A stretch of 32,000 nucleotides of DNA from an uncultured archaeon. GTDB taxonomy: Archaea; Micrarchaeota; Micrarchaeia; Micrarchaeales; CABMGC01. Where the stretch lies: contig OY969902.1 of the NCBI GenBank assembly GCA_963704435.1, positions 750,001-782,000 on the forward strand. The letters run 5' to 3'. The stretch's first letter is position 1; each line of letters opens with the position of its first letter. Below, in pieces: positions 23,549 to 31,745 of this stretch. The notes under the pieces were generated by a model. That model saw nothing but the letters and a program-made list of their open reading frames with translations. It was not told the DNA's origin and made no database searches. A program made the translations under genes and the position numbers.

Positions 23549-24217
23549 CTAATTGGCGGCCGTTCGCGCGCGTTCGTGCCCCGCGGACTGAGGCACTACG
23601 AATGGCGATAGCAATTCGCACGCGTTTGTGTTTAGAGTCTTGCCTTGGATTATGTCTCTCGCATAATTGCAGAGATTCCTTATCTCCTTCATCGAACCGC
23701 CCCCTATTCCCCTCTTCAAGGAATTGCCAATTTCAAAATTCCTTAGGCTTACGGCCGAATCTCCAAACATTGCCTCCTTCTCAGGGCCGTCCCTCAGCTC
23801 TTTTACCATTGAACTGTCCATTTCGAACTTCTTCAGGATCCGGATCGAATCCTCCAGGTCTTTAAATGGAATGTAGCTATCCTCTTGCGTTGCGCGTATA
23901 AGTTTTGCCGCCTCAAATAATGCGTTCATCTTGATGATGGCGGCTTCTGCCAAGCGCCCGTCCGTCCTTTCGTCCTTGCCATCCCCCACCAGAATGATCC
24001 TCCTATAAATTTCCATCAATGCATAGTCCTGCAGAAAAGAAAGGGCTCTATCATTCAATCTAATGGAAATGTTGTTCCTGGTTGCCTGCAGCCTGTCCCG
24101 CCACAAAATCCAATCCCTATAATTTGAATTGGCGTGCGTGACGCTCCCTTGCATAGCCAGTAGGTCAGTATAATCGAAGTCTTTCCATTCGTCATCAACA
24201 AGCTTCATCTCCACCAC
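23549..24217 (-). CDS. Hypothetical protein (orphan, low-GC body)
   Basis: The ORF is 222 aa with no motif I recognise. The body is AT-richer than its neighbours. A GTG start has an AATAAATA box 22 nt upstream, and an alternative ATG lies at 24208. Confidence 0.4.
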   Translation of the reverse strand: MVEMKLVDDEWKDFDYTDLLAMQGSVTHANSNYRDWILWRDRLQATRNNISIRLNDRALSFLQDYALMEIYRRIILVGDGKDERTDGRLAEAAIIKMNALFEAAKLIRATQEDSYIPFKDLEDSIRILKKFEMDSSMVKELRDGPEKEAMFGDSAVSLRNFEIGNSLKRGIGGGSMKEIRNLCNYARDIIQGKTLNTNACELLSPFVVPQSAGHERARTAAN

Positions 24218-24335
24218 TATGGAAGCTTGTTTTCAAAGGTATTTATTCCTTATCCGTAAACTGTCCCTAGGCGCATCCTCCAAATATCACAGGTATTTAA
24301 AGAACGGATGGCAAATATCTTAGGGGGCATTTCCG

Positions 24336-25391
24336 ATGGAGAAGGACGAGGAATCCGAAAGGGGAGCCGTGAATTACAAGTACCTGGTCATACTGCTTGG
24401 CCTCGCTACTACCGTGCTGGCCGCGGCATCCGTCTACATGATGGAAGTGCTGGCACTGAGATACGGCAGCCTTGCCGGAGTGACTAGCGTCATCACTGCT
24501 GGGGCGTTCAACCAGACCGTGACTGCCAACCTCACGACGGCCCTGACGCAGGCCAACTACACCATGACCTCGCTGCACGACTCGATCAGGGAAGTCTACA
24601 TAATATTCCTCATATCGCTGGGCATGCTGGGCGCGTCGTTCGTGCTGTACACCAGCAGGAGCGCGCGGTTCGGTGCTGCCACCAGGAGATACACGCTGAT
24701 GCACGCCACGCTGGCCGTGATATATGTGGCGCTGTTCTTCATTGTCTTCTCCACCAACTACCAGATCAACTTCGACAGGACATATTTCATACTCGTCTAC
24801 TTCGCGGTGGGCGCCGTGCTGGCAATAGACGCGTACCTTGAGTTCGGCGTGCACGTACGCCGGCCCAAGCAGGCCAGGAGGAAGGGCACGGTCAGGATAG
24901 AGCCCGGCACCCCCTATACCAACCTGATAAACCTCAGGGAGGGGATATTCTCCAAGCTTAACGGCAATGTGAGGATAGTAGACAAGCACTTCAACTCCAT
25001 GGCGATATCCAACCTGCACAGGCTGTTCGAGAGCAACCTGCATGGCGTGAAGAGGATAGATATCCTGACCTCGAGGGAGATGTTCGACTCCAGTTTCCTG
25101 GACAACTACAACGACTTCAAGAAGGAGCTCGGCAATGCAGGGGTCGAGCTCAACTTCATGCTGATGGACGACGCAGACAGCGCCTCGCAGCACGAGAGGT
25201 TCGTATTCGACGACGTGACCGCGTACAAGATACCGCCGCTTAACATCATAAACAAGAAGAGCGAGCACATAGTCAGCTTCAACGTGCGGGACGCGAAGAG
25301 CAGGTTCGAGCAGCTGGCGAAGGGCGCGATAAAATACGAGAACTACCTGGTGAAGCGGGCCAGGGAGCAGAAACCGCAGGGCGAAGCATGA
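24336..25391 (+). CDS. 4-TM membrane protein with cytosolic MIT_C/PLD-fold-like C-terminal domain (uncharacterised)
   Basis: It has four hydrophobic helices, and the first loop carries NQT/NLT/NYT sequons. The C-terminal motif string is VRIVDKHF, KRIDILTS, AGVELNF, QHERFVFDD and YKIPPLNII. Its stop overlaps the lplB start (ATGA at 25388-25391). Confidence 0.55.
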   Translation: MEKDEESERGAVNYKYLVILLGLATTVLAAASVYMMEVLALRYGSLAGVTSVITAGAFNQTVTANLTTALTQANYTMTSLHDSIREVYIIFLISLGMLGASFVLYTSRSARFGAATRRYTLMHATLAVIYVALFFIVFSTNYQINFDRTYFILVYFAVGAVLAIDAYLEFGVHVRRPKQARRKGTVRIEPGTPYTNLINLREGIFSKLNGNVRIVDKHFNSMAISNLHRLFESNLHGVKRIDILTSREMFDSSFLDNYNDFKKELGNAGVELNFMLMDDADSASQHERFVFDDVTAYKIPPLNIINKKSEHIVSFNVRDAKSRFEQLAKGAIKYENYLVKRAREQKPQGEA

Positions 25392-25666
25392 AGGCGACCA
25401 ACATATACAAGGCGGAGAAGGGTCTCATCAGGGTGAACGCTGAGCTACAGAACGGAATCATCGCGGAGATAAGGATAACTGGGGACTTCTTCATGCTGCC
25501 AGAGAGCTCAGTGCTCCTGCTCGAGAGACTGCTGAAGGGGAGGGCCTTCGATGAAGCGGCCATATCCGACGCGCTCGACGCGTTCTATGCTTCAGGGGTC
25601 GACACTCCCTGCGTGACAAAGGGGGATTTCCTGGCAGCCATAATAGGTGTAAAGAATGAAGTTTAG
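25388..25666 (+). CDS. lplB: Lipoate-protein ligase accessory subunit (free-standing LplA C-terminal domain)
   Basis: The 92-aa protein contains GLIRVNAELQNGIIAEIRITGDFF and DFLAAI, matching the LplA C-terminal domain. The split arrangement is known from Thermoplasma acidophilum. Confidence 0.7.
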   Translation: MKATNIYKAEKGLIRVNAELQNGIIAEIRITGDFFMLPESSVLLLERLLKGRAFDEAAISDALDAFYASGVDTPCVTKGDFLAAIIGVKNEV

Positions 25667-26435
25667 GCTCATAAGTAAGGATTATCCCGATGATCCCTAC
25701 ATGAACATCGCGCTCGACGAGGCGATATTCACGGAAGTTATGAAGGGCAGGTCCCCGCCGACGTTCAGGTTCTACAGGAACGCGAACGCCGTGATACTCG
25801 GGTGCTTCCAGACCGCGGAAGAGGAAGTGGACATGGAATACGCGAGGGCCAACGGTATAAAGGTAGTGAAGAGGATAACTGGAGGGGGTGCGGTCTACCA
25901 TGACCTCGGGAACCTCAACTACTCCGTGATCACGAAGGACTTTTTCGGGATCGGCATGAACGTGCAGAAGCTCTTCTCTGCGATGATGCGCGGCGCCGTC
26001 CTGGCTTTCGGGAGCATCGGCATAGAGGCCGAGGAGGGAAGGCTCAACGACGTGAGCGTTGGGGGGAAGAAGATACTGGGGGCCGCCGCGACCATAGACT
26101 CCGGCGCGCTGCTGTTCCATGCGGCGGTGCTGGTGGACACCGACCTGAACAAACTGGCGAGCGTACTGAAGGTACCTGGGGCGAAGCTGAAGGACAAGGG
26201 CATAATGACGATCCTTGAGAGGGTCACCAACGTGAAAGCGATAAGCGGAAAGACGATCGAAGATGTGAGAGAATCCCTCGTTGGAGGATACGCCGCGTCC
26301 TTGGGATTGGAATACGAAGAAGGAGAACTCACCGATTCCGAAACGGAACTTCTGAAAGAACTTTACGACAAGAAGTTCTCCCAGCCAGAATGGAATTTAG
26401 GCAGGGAGATACTCGAAGTGGATGGCCATAAGTAG
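25656..26435 (+). CDS. lplA: Lipoate-protein ligase A, catalytic domain
   Basis: Contains FRFYRNANAVILGCFQ, VVKRITGGGAVYHDLGNLNYSVI and VGGKKILGAA (catalytic Lys region). It overlaps lplB by 11 nt. Confidence 0.85.
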   Translation: MKFRLISKDYPDDPYMNIALDEAIFTEVMKGRSPPTFRFYRNANAVILGCFQTAEEEVDMEYARANGIKVVKRITGGGAVYHDLGNLNYSVITKDFFGIGMNVQKLFSAMMRGAVLAFGSIGIEAEEGRLNDVSVGGKKILGAAATIDSGALLFHAAVLVDTDLNKLASVLKVPGAKLKDKGIMTILERVTNVKAISGKTIEDVRESLVGGYAASLGLEYEEGELTDSETELLKELYDKKFSQPEWNLGREILEVDGHK

Positions 26436-26446
26436 AACCTTATTTG

Positions 26447-27817
26447 CTACTTTTGAGCCTTGCCATAGAAGAAGTCAATCGGCCTCCCGAGCGCCGCCTC
26501 CGCCGCCTCCTGGAGCGCCTCGCTGTAAGTTGGGTGCGGATGTATTGAATCTGCTATGTCCTCCAGCGTCGCGCCCATCTCTATCGCGACCACCGCCTCG
26601 CCTATCATGGCGTTGGCGTCGTCCGACACGATCTCGACGCCCTTGATCAGGTTGCTCTCGTCGTACGCGATTTTCACGAAGCCGTCCGTCGCGTCCAGGG
26701 CTATCGCCCTCCCAGAAGCGGTCATCGGGAACTTCGTGACGCTTATCCCTTCCCCATCCAGCGTGCCAGCAACCGCGACCTCCGGGTCGCAGAACACCAC
26801 CGCTGGGACCACTATGTTGTCATAGCTTGAGTTGAGGCCGGATGCCACCTCCGCGGCGACGATTCCCTGCCGCATCGCCTTGTGGGCCAGCAGCGGCTCC
26901 CCGATCACGTCGCCAACCGCGAGTATGTTCGGATCCGCAGTAGTCAGCGCGTTATCCACTTCCACGAATCCCTTATCATCGGCCTTCACTCCTGTGTTCT
27001 CAAGGCCGAGGCCTTCGGTGAACGGGGAAAGGCCCACCGCGACTACGATGAGCTCTGCGCTCAGCGCCTTCCCGTCGCTGAGCACTACGGAATTGCCGCT
27101 GTGCGAGACCGGATTCACTCCTGTGTGGATCTCGATCCCCAGGACCTCCATCCTTTTCTTTATCAGCTCGACCGCGTCCCTGTCGAACCTAGACAGGACG
27201 TCGGACCTCGCCACTATGTGGACCTTCGTGCCAAGCTTTGCGTAGAGAGTGCCTATCTCAACGGACACGTAGCCCGCGCCGAGCACTATCATGCTCTCGG
27301 GTATCTTGTCCAGCATGAGCGCCTGCTTGTAATCGATGATGCTTCCCCCGAACTCGAAGCCCTTGAGCACCGTCGGCTCGGATCCGGTCGCGATTATCGC
27401 CTTCTTGAACTTGAGCGAGGTGCCGTTGGTGAGCTGCAGGGTGTTGGAGTTGAGGAAGGTCGCCTGGCCCTTTATCATCTCTACGCCGTTCGACTTGCAA
27501 AGGAATTCCACTCCCTGCTCGAGCTTCTTGGACACGCCCATGCGCCAGTCGTACATCTTGCCTGCGTCGAGGGACACGCCATTGGCCATTATGCCGAACT
27601 TCTCCGCGTGCCGTATCTCGTAGAGCATGTCGGATATCTTTATGAGCGTCTTGGAAGGGATGCACGCGTAGTTGAGGCAGTGGCCGCCCATCTTCTCCTT
27701 CTCCACGATCGCCACGCTCATGCCGAGCTGCGCTGCCCGTATGGCCGCGAAGTAGCCCCCGACGCCTCCGCCCACGACCGCCAGGTCTACCTCTTCAGGC
27801 AGCGAACCCATCACCAC
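26447..27817 (-). CDS. lpdA: Dihydrolipoyl dehydrogenase (E3)
   Basis: Contains VVGGGVGGYFAAIRAAQLG, the redox disulfide GGHCLNYACIPSK, the NAD site VLGAGYVSVE, GDV and the C-terminal HPHPTYSE. Confidence 0.9.
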   Translation of the reverse strand: MVMGSLPEEVDLAVVGGGVGGYFAAIRAAQLGMSVAIVEKEKMGGHCLNYACIPSKTLIKISDMLYEIRHAEKFGIMANGVSLDAGKMYDWRMGVSKKLEQGVEFLCKSNGVEMIKGQATFLNSNTLQLTNGTSLKFKKAIIATGSEPTVLKGFEFGGSIIDYKQALMLDKIPESMIVLGAGYVSVEIGTLYAKLGTKVHIVARSDVLSRFDRDAVELIKKRMEVLGIEIHTGVNPVSHSGNSVVLSDGKALSAELIVVAVGLSPFTEGLGLENTGVKADDKGFVEVDNALTTADPNILAVGDVIGEPLLAHKAMRQGIVAAEVASGLNSSYDNIVVPAVVFCDPEVAVAGTLDGEGISVTKFPMTASGRAIALDATDGFVKIAYDESNLIKGVEIVSDDANAMIGEAVVAIEMGATLEDIADSIHPHPTYSEALQEAAEAALGRPIDFFYGKAQK

Positions 27818-27821
27818 GCAT

Positions 27822-29036
27822 TCACCCGATCATCTCAAGGAAATCAGGGTCCTCGAGATATTTCATTATTGCGTTCGCGAACTTAACCGCCTCGGCCCCG
27901 TCCACCACCCGGTGGTCGAACGACAGCGATATCGGAAGCATCTTTCCGAACTTCAGCTGGGCGTCCTCCGCGAACGGCCAGTCCCGTATCATATGCACCC
28001 CGAGTATCGCGACCTCCGGCGGGTTTATCATCGGAACCGACAGGAATCCGCCGCCCAGGCTGCCCACGTTCGTTATAGTGAACGTGCTGTCGCGCATATC
28101 GTCTATCGATATGGTCTCGTCCAGGACGCGCTTGTGCAGCTCGAGTATCTCCTGCGAGAGCTTGAGCACGCTCTTCCTGTCCGCGCCCTTTATCACGACG
28201 ACCTTGAGGCCGTCCGGCGCCTCGGCCGCCAGGCCTATGTTGTAGTACTTCTTCAGGACTATCTCCTGCGTGTCGTGGTCGTAGCTGGAGTTGAACTTCG
28301 GGTTCTCCTTCAGCGCGGCCACAGTCGCCTTGATTATGAACGGCAGGAACGTGAGCTTCGAGCCGAGCTTCTCGAAGTTCGGCTTCTCCCTCGCCACCAC
28401 GTTGTACAGGTTCGTCGCGTTGATCAGGTCCATGTGGACCGCCCTCGGTATTGCGGCAGAAATCTCCATGTTCCTGGCTATGGCCTTCCGGGTCTGCGAC
28501 ATCGGGACCCGCTCCACTTCCTCGTTGTGCTGCTCCTCAAGCACCTCAGAGAACTTCGGGATTGGCTTAGGCTGCTGGGGCTTCGCGGCGCTCCTTATAT
28601 CCGCGTCGAGCACCCTGCCTTCTGGTCCTGTCCCGGCGACCTTGGATATGTCGATTCCCATATCCCTAGCCAGCTTCCTGACCGCCGGGGTCGCTATGAG
28701 CTCCCGCGTCGCGGTAGGCGCCATGACCACCCGCGTCACTGGCGTGGGAGCCTCCTTCGTCTCCTGCTTTGGCGCGGCCTGCGCCTTGGCTGCGCTCACC
28801 TCTTCGGACGTGCCTATGAACGCTATTGTGTCCCCTAGATGAACGTCTGTGTTCTCAGCTACGTTCTGGCGTATGGTCCCTGTTATCGGTGATGGCACGT
28901 TCACGACCGCCTTATCTGTCTCCACCTTCACGACCGGCTGGTCCTCCTTTACCTGGTCGCCATCGTTGACGAGCCACTTCCTCACGTGTCCCTCAGTTAT
29001 GCCCTCGCCGACGTCTATGAATTTAATCTCCTTCAT
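27822..29036 (-). CDS. Dihydrolipoamide acyltransferase (E2) with a single lipoyl domain
   Basis: Contains the lipoyl-lysine motif VETDKAVVNVPSP, the subunit-binding domain PAVRKLARDMGIDISKVAGTGPEGRV and the catalytic motif SFDHRVVDGAEA. Confidence 0.9.
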   Translation of the reverse strand: MKEIKFIDVGEGITEGHVRKWLVNDGDQVKEDQPVVKVETDKAVVNVPSPITGTIRQNVAENTDVHLGDTIAFIGTSEEVSAAKAQAAPKQETKEAPTPVTRVVMAPTATRELIATPAVRKLARDMGIDISKVAGTGPEGRVLDADIRSAAKPQQPKPIPKFSEVLEEQHNEEVERVPMSQTRKAIARNMEISAAIPRAVHMDLINATNLYNVVAREKPNFEKLGSKLTFLPFIIKATVAALKENPKFNSSYDHDTQEIVLKKYYNIGLAAEAPDGLKVVVIKGADRKSVLKLSQEILELHKRVLDETISIDDMRDSTFTITNVGSLGGGFLSVPMINPPEVAILGVHMIRDWPFAEDAQLKFGKMLPISLSFDHRVVDGAEAVKFANAIMKYLEDPDFLEMIG

Positions 29037-29040
29037 TGGA

Positions 29041-30006
29041 TCACGAACCCATCACTCTGTCTATAGCGGCCGCTATCTTCTTCGCATTCGGTATATAGAA
29101 GTTCTCGTAGCCAGGGAACGGGTAGGGCAGGCTCGGCGATGCGACCCTGACGATTGGAGCCGAGAGATCGTATATCGCCTTGTCTGCGATCCTCGCCGCG
29201 ATTTCGGCGCCCACGCCGAAGCTGAGGGGGGCCTCGTGAGCGATTACCACTCTTCCCGTCCTCTTCACGCTGTTGATTATCGTTCCCTCATCCAATGGGC
29301 TTATCGTCCTGAGGTCTATTATCTCGGCGTCGACCTTCTTCTCTTCCACGACTTCCGAGACGATCTGCGTCATCGTGCCGTATGTAACTATCGTCAGCGC
29401 GCTTCCCGACCTCACGACATTCGCCTTCCCTATCGGCACCTCGTACGCGTCCTCTGGCACCTCTTGCTTGAACAGCCTGTACAGCTTCGTGGGCTCAAGG
29501 AATATGACAGGGTCGCTCCCCCTCGTTGCCCTGATTAGCAGGCCCTTCGCATCGTAGGGATTCGACGGCTCTATGACTATGAGCCCGCCGGGGTGGGCGT
29601 AGAGCGCCTCCGGGTTCTCTGAGTGGTGCTCGAGCGACCTGACGCCGCCGCTGACCGGCATGCGGACAACCATCGGCACCGTGAACTCTGACCGCGACCT
29701 TGAGCGGTATCTCGCGGCATGGCTGACAATCTGGTCGAACGCAGGATATGAGAAGCCGGCGAACTGTATCTCGGCTATAGGATGCATGCCCTGCATCGCC
29801 ATGCCTATCGCAGCGCCGACTATCCCCGACTCGGATAGCGGCGTGTCGAACACCCTCTTCTCCCCGAACTTAGCCTGCAGGCCATCGGTGACCCTGAAGA
29901 CGCCGCCGTCCTTCCCGACGTCCTCGCCCATCACCACCGCCTTCTCGTTCTCGCGGAGTATGATGTCCAGTGCGTTGTTGAGCGCGGAGACCATGTTCAT
30001 CTGCAT
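29041..30006 (-). CDS. 2-oxoacid dehydrogenase E1 component, beta subunit
   Basis: Contains VMGEDVG..GGVFRVT, FDTPLSESGIVGAAIGMA and EIQFAGF, with a transketolase-like C-terminal domain. Length is 321 aa. Confidence 0.9.
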   Translation of the reverse strand: MQMNMVSALNNALDIILRENEKAVVMGEDVGKDGGVFRVTDGLQAKFGEKRVFDTPLSESGIVGAAIGMAMQGMHPIAEIQFAGFSYPAFDQIVSHAARYRSRSRSEFTVPMVVRMPVSGGVRSLEHHSENPEALYAHPGGLIVIEPSNPYDAKGLLIRATRGSDPVIFLEPTKLYRLFKQEVPEDAYEVPIGKANVVRSGSALTIVTYGTMTQIVSEVVEEKKVDAEIIDLRTISPLDEGTIINSVKRTGRVVIAHEAPLSFGVGAEIAARIADKAIYDLSAPIVRVASPSLPYPFPGYENFYIPNAKKIAAAIDRVMGS

Positions 30007-30014
30007 AGCATCAC

Positions 30015-31109
30015 CTATTGCCAGAAGTCCGATGACATCGCGTCATCGAGCTCACTCTTCAGGATATCTGGCATGTAGCCGTAGACGTTCTCGTACATTG
30101 ACCTCGGGTCCGGCTTGAACTCCTTGGCCTTCTCGACCGCCTCGTCTATCTTGGCCAGCTGCTCCTCAGCCATCTTCTTCTCAGAATCATCATTCCAGAG
30201 TCCCTTCCCAACGAGATACTTCCTAAGACGGTCTATCGGGTCCTTCTTGGCCCATTCAGCGACCTCGGCGTCTTCCCTGTACCTCGTCGGGTCGTCTGCA
30301 GTTGTATGCATGCTCATCCTGTAAGTCACGCACTCTATCAGCGTAGGCCCGTCCTTGGCATTCTCTATCGCCTCTTTTGTCGCCTTGTATACCGCTATCA
30401 CGTCGTTGCCGTCGACCTGTATGCACCTTATCCCGGCTGCGATGCCCTTCTGCGCTAGCGTCGCGGCAGCCGTCTGCCTGCTCCGCGGCACGGATATCGC
30501 CCACTGGTTGTTCTCTATTATCGTGACGAGCGGCACCTTCCACACGCCAGCGAAGTTGAGCGCCTCGTAGAAATCGCCCTCAGAAGTTCCGCCGTCACCC
30601 ACATAGGCGACGACCGCGGAATCCTCCCCGGCGTACTTCATCGCGAATGCCATCCCTGTGGCGTGCGGCATCTGCGTGGATACGGGCACGCATACGCACG
30701 TCCCGTTAACGTCTTCGGGGCATCTGCTGCCGTCTTCGAACCCGCGCCAGTATATGAAGAAATTTTCGAGCGGGAAACCGCGGACCAGGAAGACGCCGTG
30801 CTGCCTGAAGTTCGGGACGAAGAAGTCCTGTTTCCTCATGGCGAGCGCGCTCCCTATCTGGGTGGCCTCCTCGCCCACCAGCGGCGCATACGTTACAGCT
30901 ATGCCCTGCCGCTGCAGGCTGAGCGCCTTGGCGTCCAGCGCCCTTGCAAACAGCATGTACTTCAGCATCTCAGTGAGCTTCGCGTCGTCCAGCTCCTTCG
31001 GAATGAGCGAGACGTTGGGAGTGCCGTTCTCGTCCAGCACCTGGAGATAGTCTATCGATCCCTCAAAGGCCTTGCCTGCCAGCGAAACACCGATTAGCAA
31101 TTGCAACAA
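30015..31109 (-). CDS. 2-oxoacid dehydrogenase E1 component, alpha subunit (TPP-binding); start uncertain
   Basis: Contains YVGDGGTSEGDFYEALNFA, NNQWAIS and YRMSMHTTADDP. The listed start is a TTG at 31109 and no nearby ATG exists. Confidence 0.85.
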   Translation of the reverse strand: MLQLLIGVSLAGKAFEGSIDYLQVLDENGTPNVSLIPKELDDAKLTEMLKYMLFARALDAKALSLQRQGIAVTYAPLVGEEATQIGSALAMRKQDFFVPNFRQHGVFLVRGFPLENFFIYWRGFEDGSRCPEDVNGTCVCVPVSTQMPHATGMAFAMKYAGEDSAVVAYVGDGGTSEGDFYEALNFAGVWKVPLVTIIENNQWAISVPRSRQTAAATLAQKGIAAGIRCIQVDGNDVIAVYKATKEAIENAKDGPTLIECVTYRMSMHTTADDPTRYREDAEVAEWAKKDPIDRLRKYLVGKGLWNDDSEKKMAEEQLAKIDEAVEKAKEFKPDPRSMYENVYGYMPDILKSELDDAMSSDFWQ

Positions 31110-31187
31110 AGGGATATATTGATTACTGTGAAGCCAGATCTGCGCCCAGAATAACTGTTATTTAATAACGATATGTAATATCCTTCC

Positions 31188-31745
31188 ATGAAAGGAAGCA
31201 AACTTCCCGAATCTGATCTTGAGGTAAGGCCTTCCAAGATATCTGGCAAAGGTATTTTTGCAAAAGTCGATATCAAAAAGGGTCAAACGATTTGCTTTCT
31301 TTCGGGCGAAAGAATATCTTTTGAAGAGGCAATAAAAAGGGGAAACGCTGGGACCGAAAATTTATCCGATTCATTACAAGTAGGCGAAGAGGAGTATATC
31401 GACCTTGACGAATTCTCAAGAATATTTAACCATTCTTGCAATCCAAATTCTTTTATTAGAGGCCAGAGTGAATTAATCGCCCTTAGAGATATAAAACGCA
31501 ACGAAGAGATAACTTACGATTATTCATCTACGATGGACGACAATTATAGGAACGCATCTAGAAGCATATGGACAAATAACTGCAATTGCGGCGCTAAGAA
31601 TTGCAGAAAGTCGATAGATCAATTCAGGGAACTGCCTAGAAAGATACAGGACTTTTATTTAAAGAATAGATACGCGCCCGACTTTATTCTAAGAAAGTTC
31701 AGGCTCAGCCCCCGCCGCTCTCGTATGAACGCATCATGCGGTTGA
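31188..31745 (+). CDS. SET-domain protein-lysine methyltransferase with post-SET Cys cluster
   Basis: Contains GKGIFAKVDIKKGQTI, FNHSCNPNS, ALRDIKRNEEITYDYS and CNCGAKNCRKSI. The first 100 nt are 39% GC by hand count. The 3' end overlaps the convergent gene by 41 nt. Confidence 0.8.
   Translation: MKGSKLPESDLEVRPSKISGKGIFAKVDIKKGQTICFLSGERISFEEAIKRGNAGTENLSDSLQVGEEEYIDLDEFSRIFNHSCNPNSFIRGQSELIALRDIKRNEEITYDYSSTMDDNYRNASRSIWTNNCNCGAKNCRKSIDQFRELPRKIQDFYLKNRYAPDFILRKFRLSPRRSRMNASCG

Noticed and set aside
23544-23640. Small GC-rich stem-loops (GTGCC...GGCAC and CGAAT...ATTCG) between the MBL gene and the orphan ORF as a terminator or ncRNA
   Set aside because: The stems are only 5 bp and lie inside the open reading frame tail of 23549..24217. 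There is no T-run or conserved-looking structure, so the evidence is insufficient.
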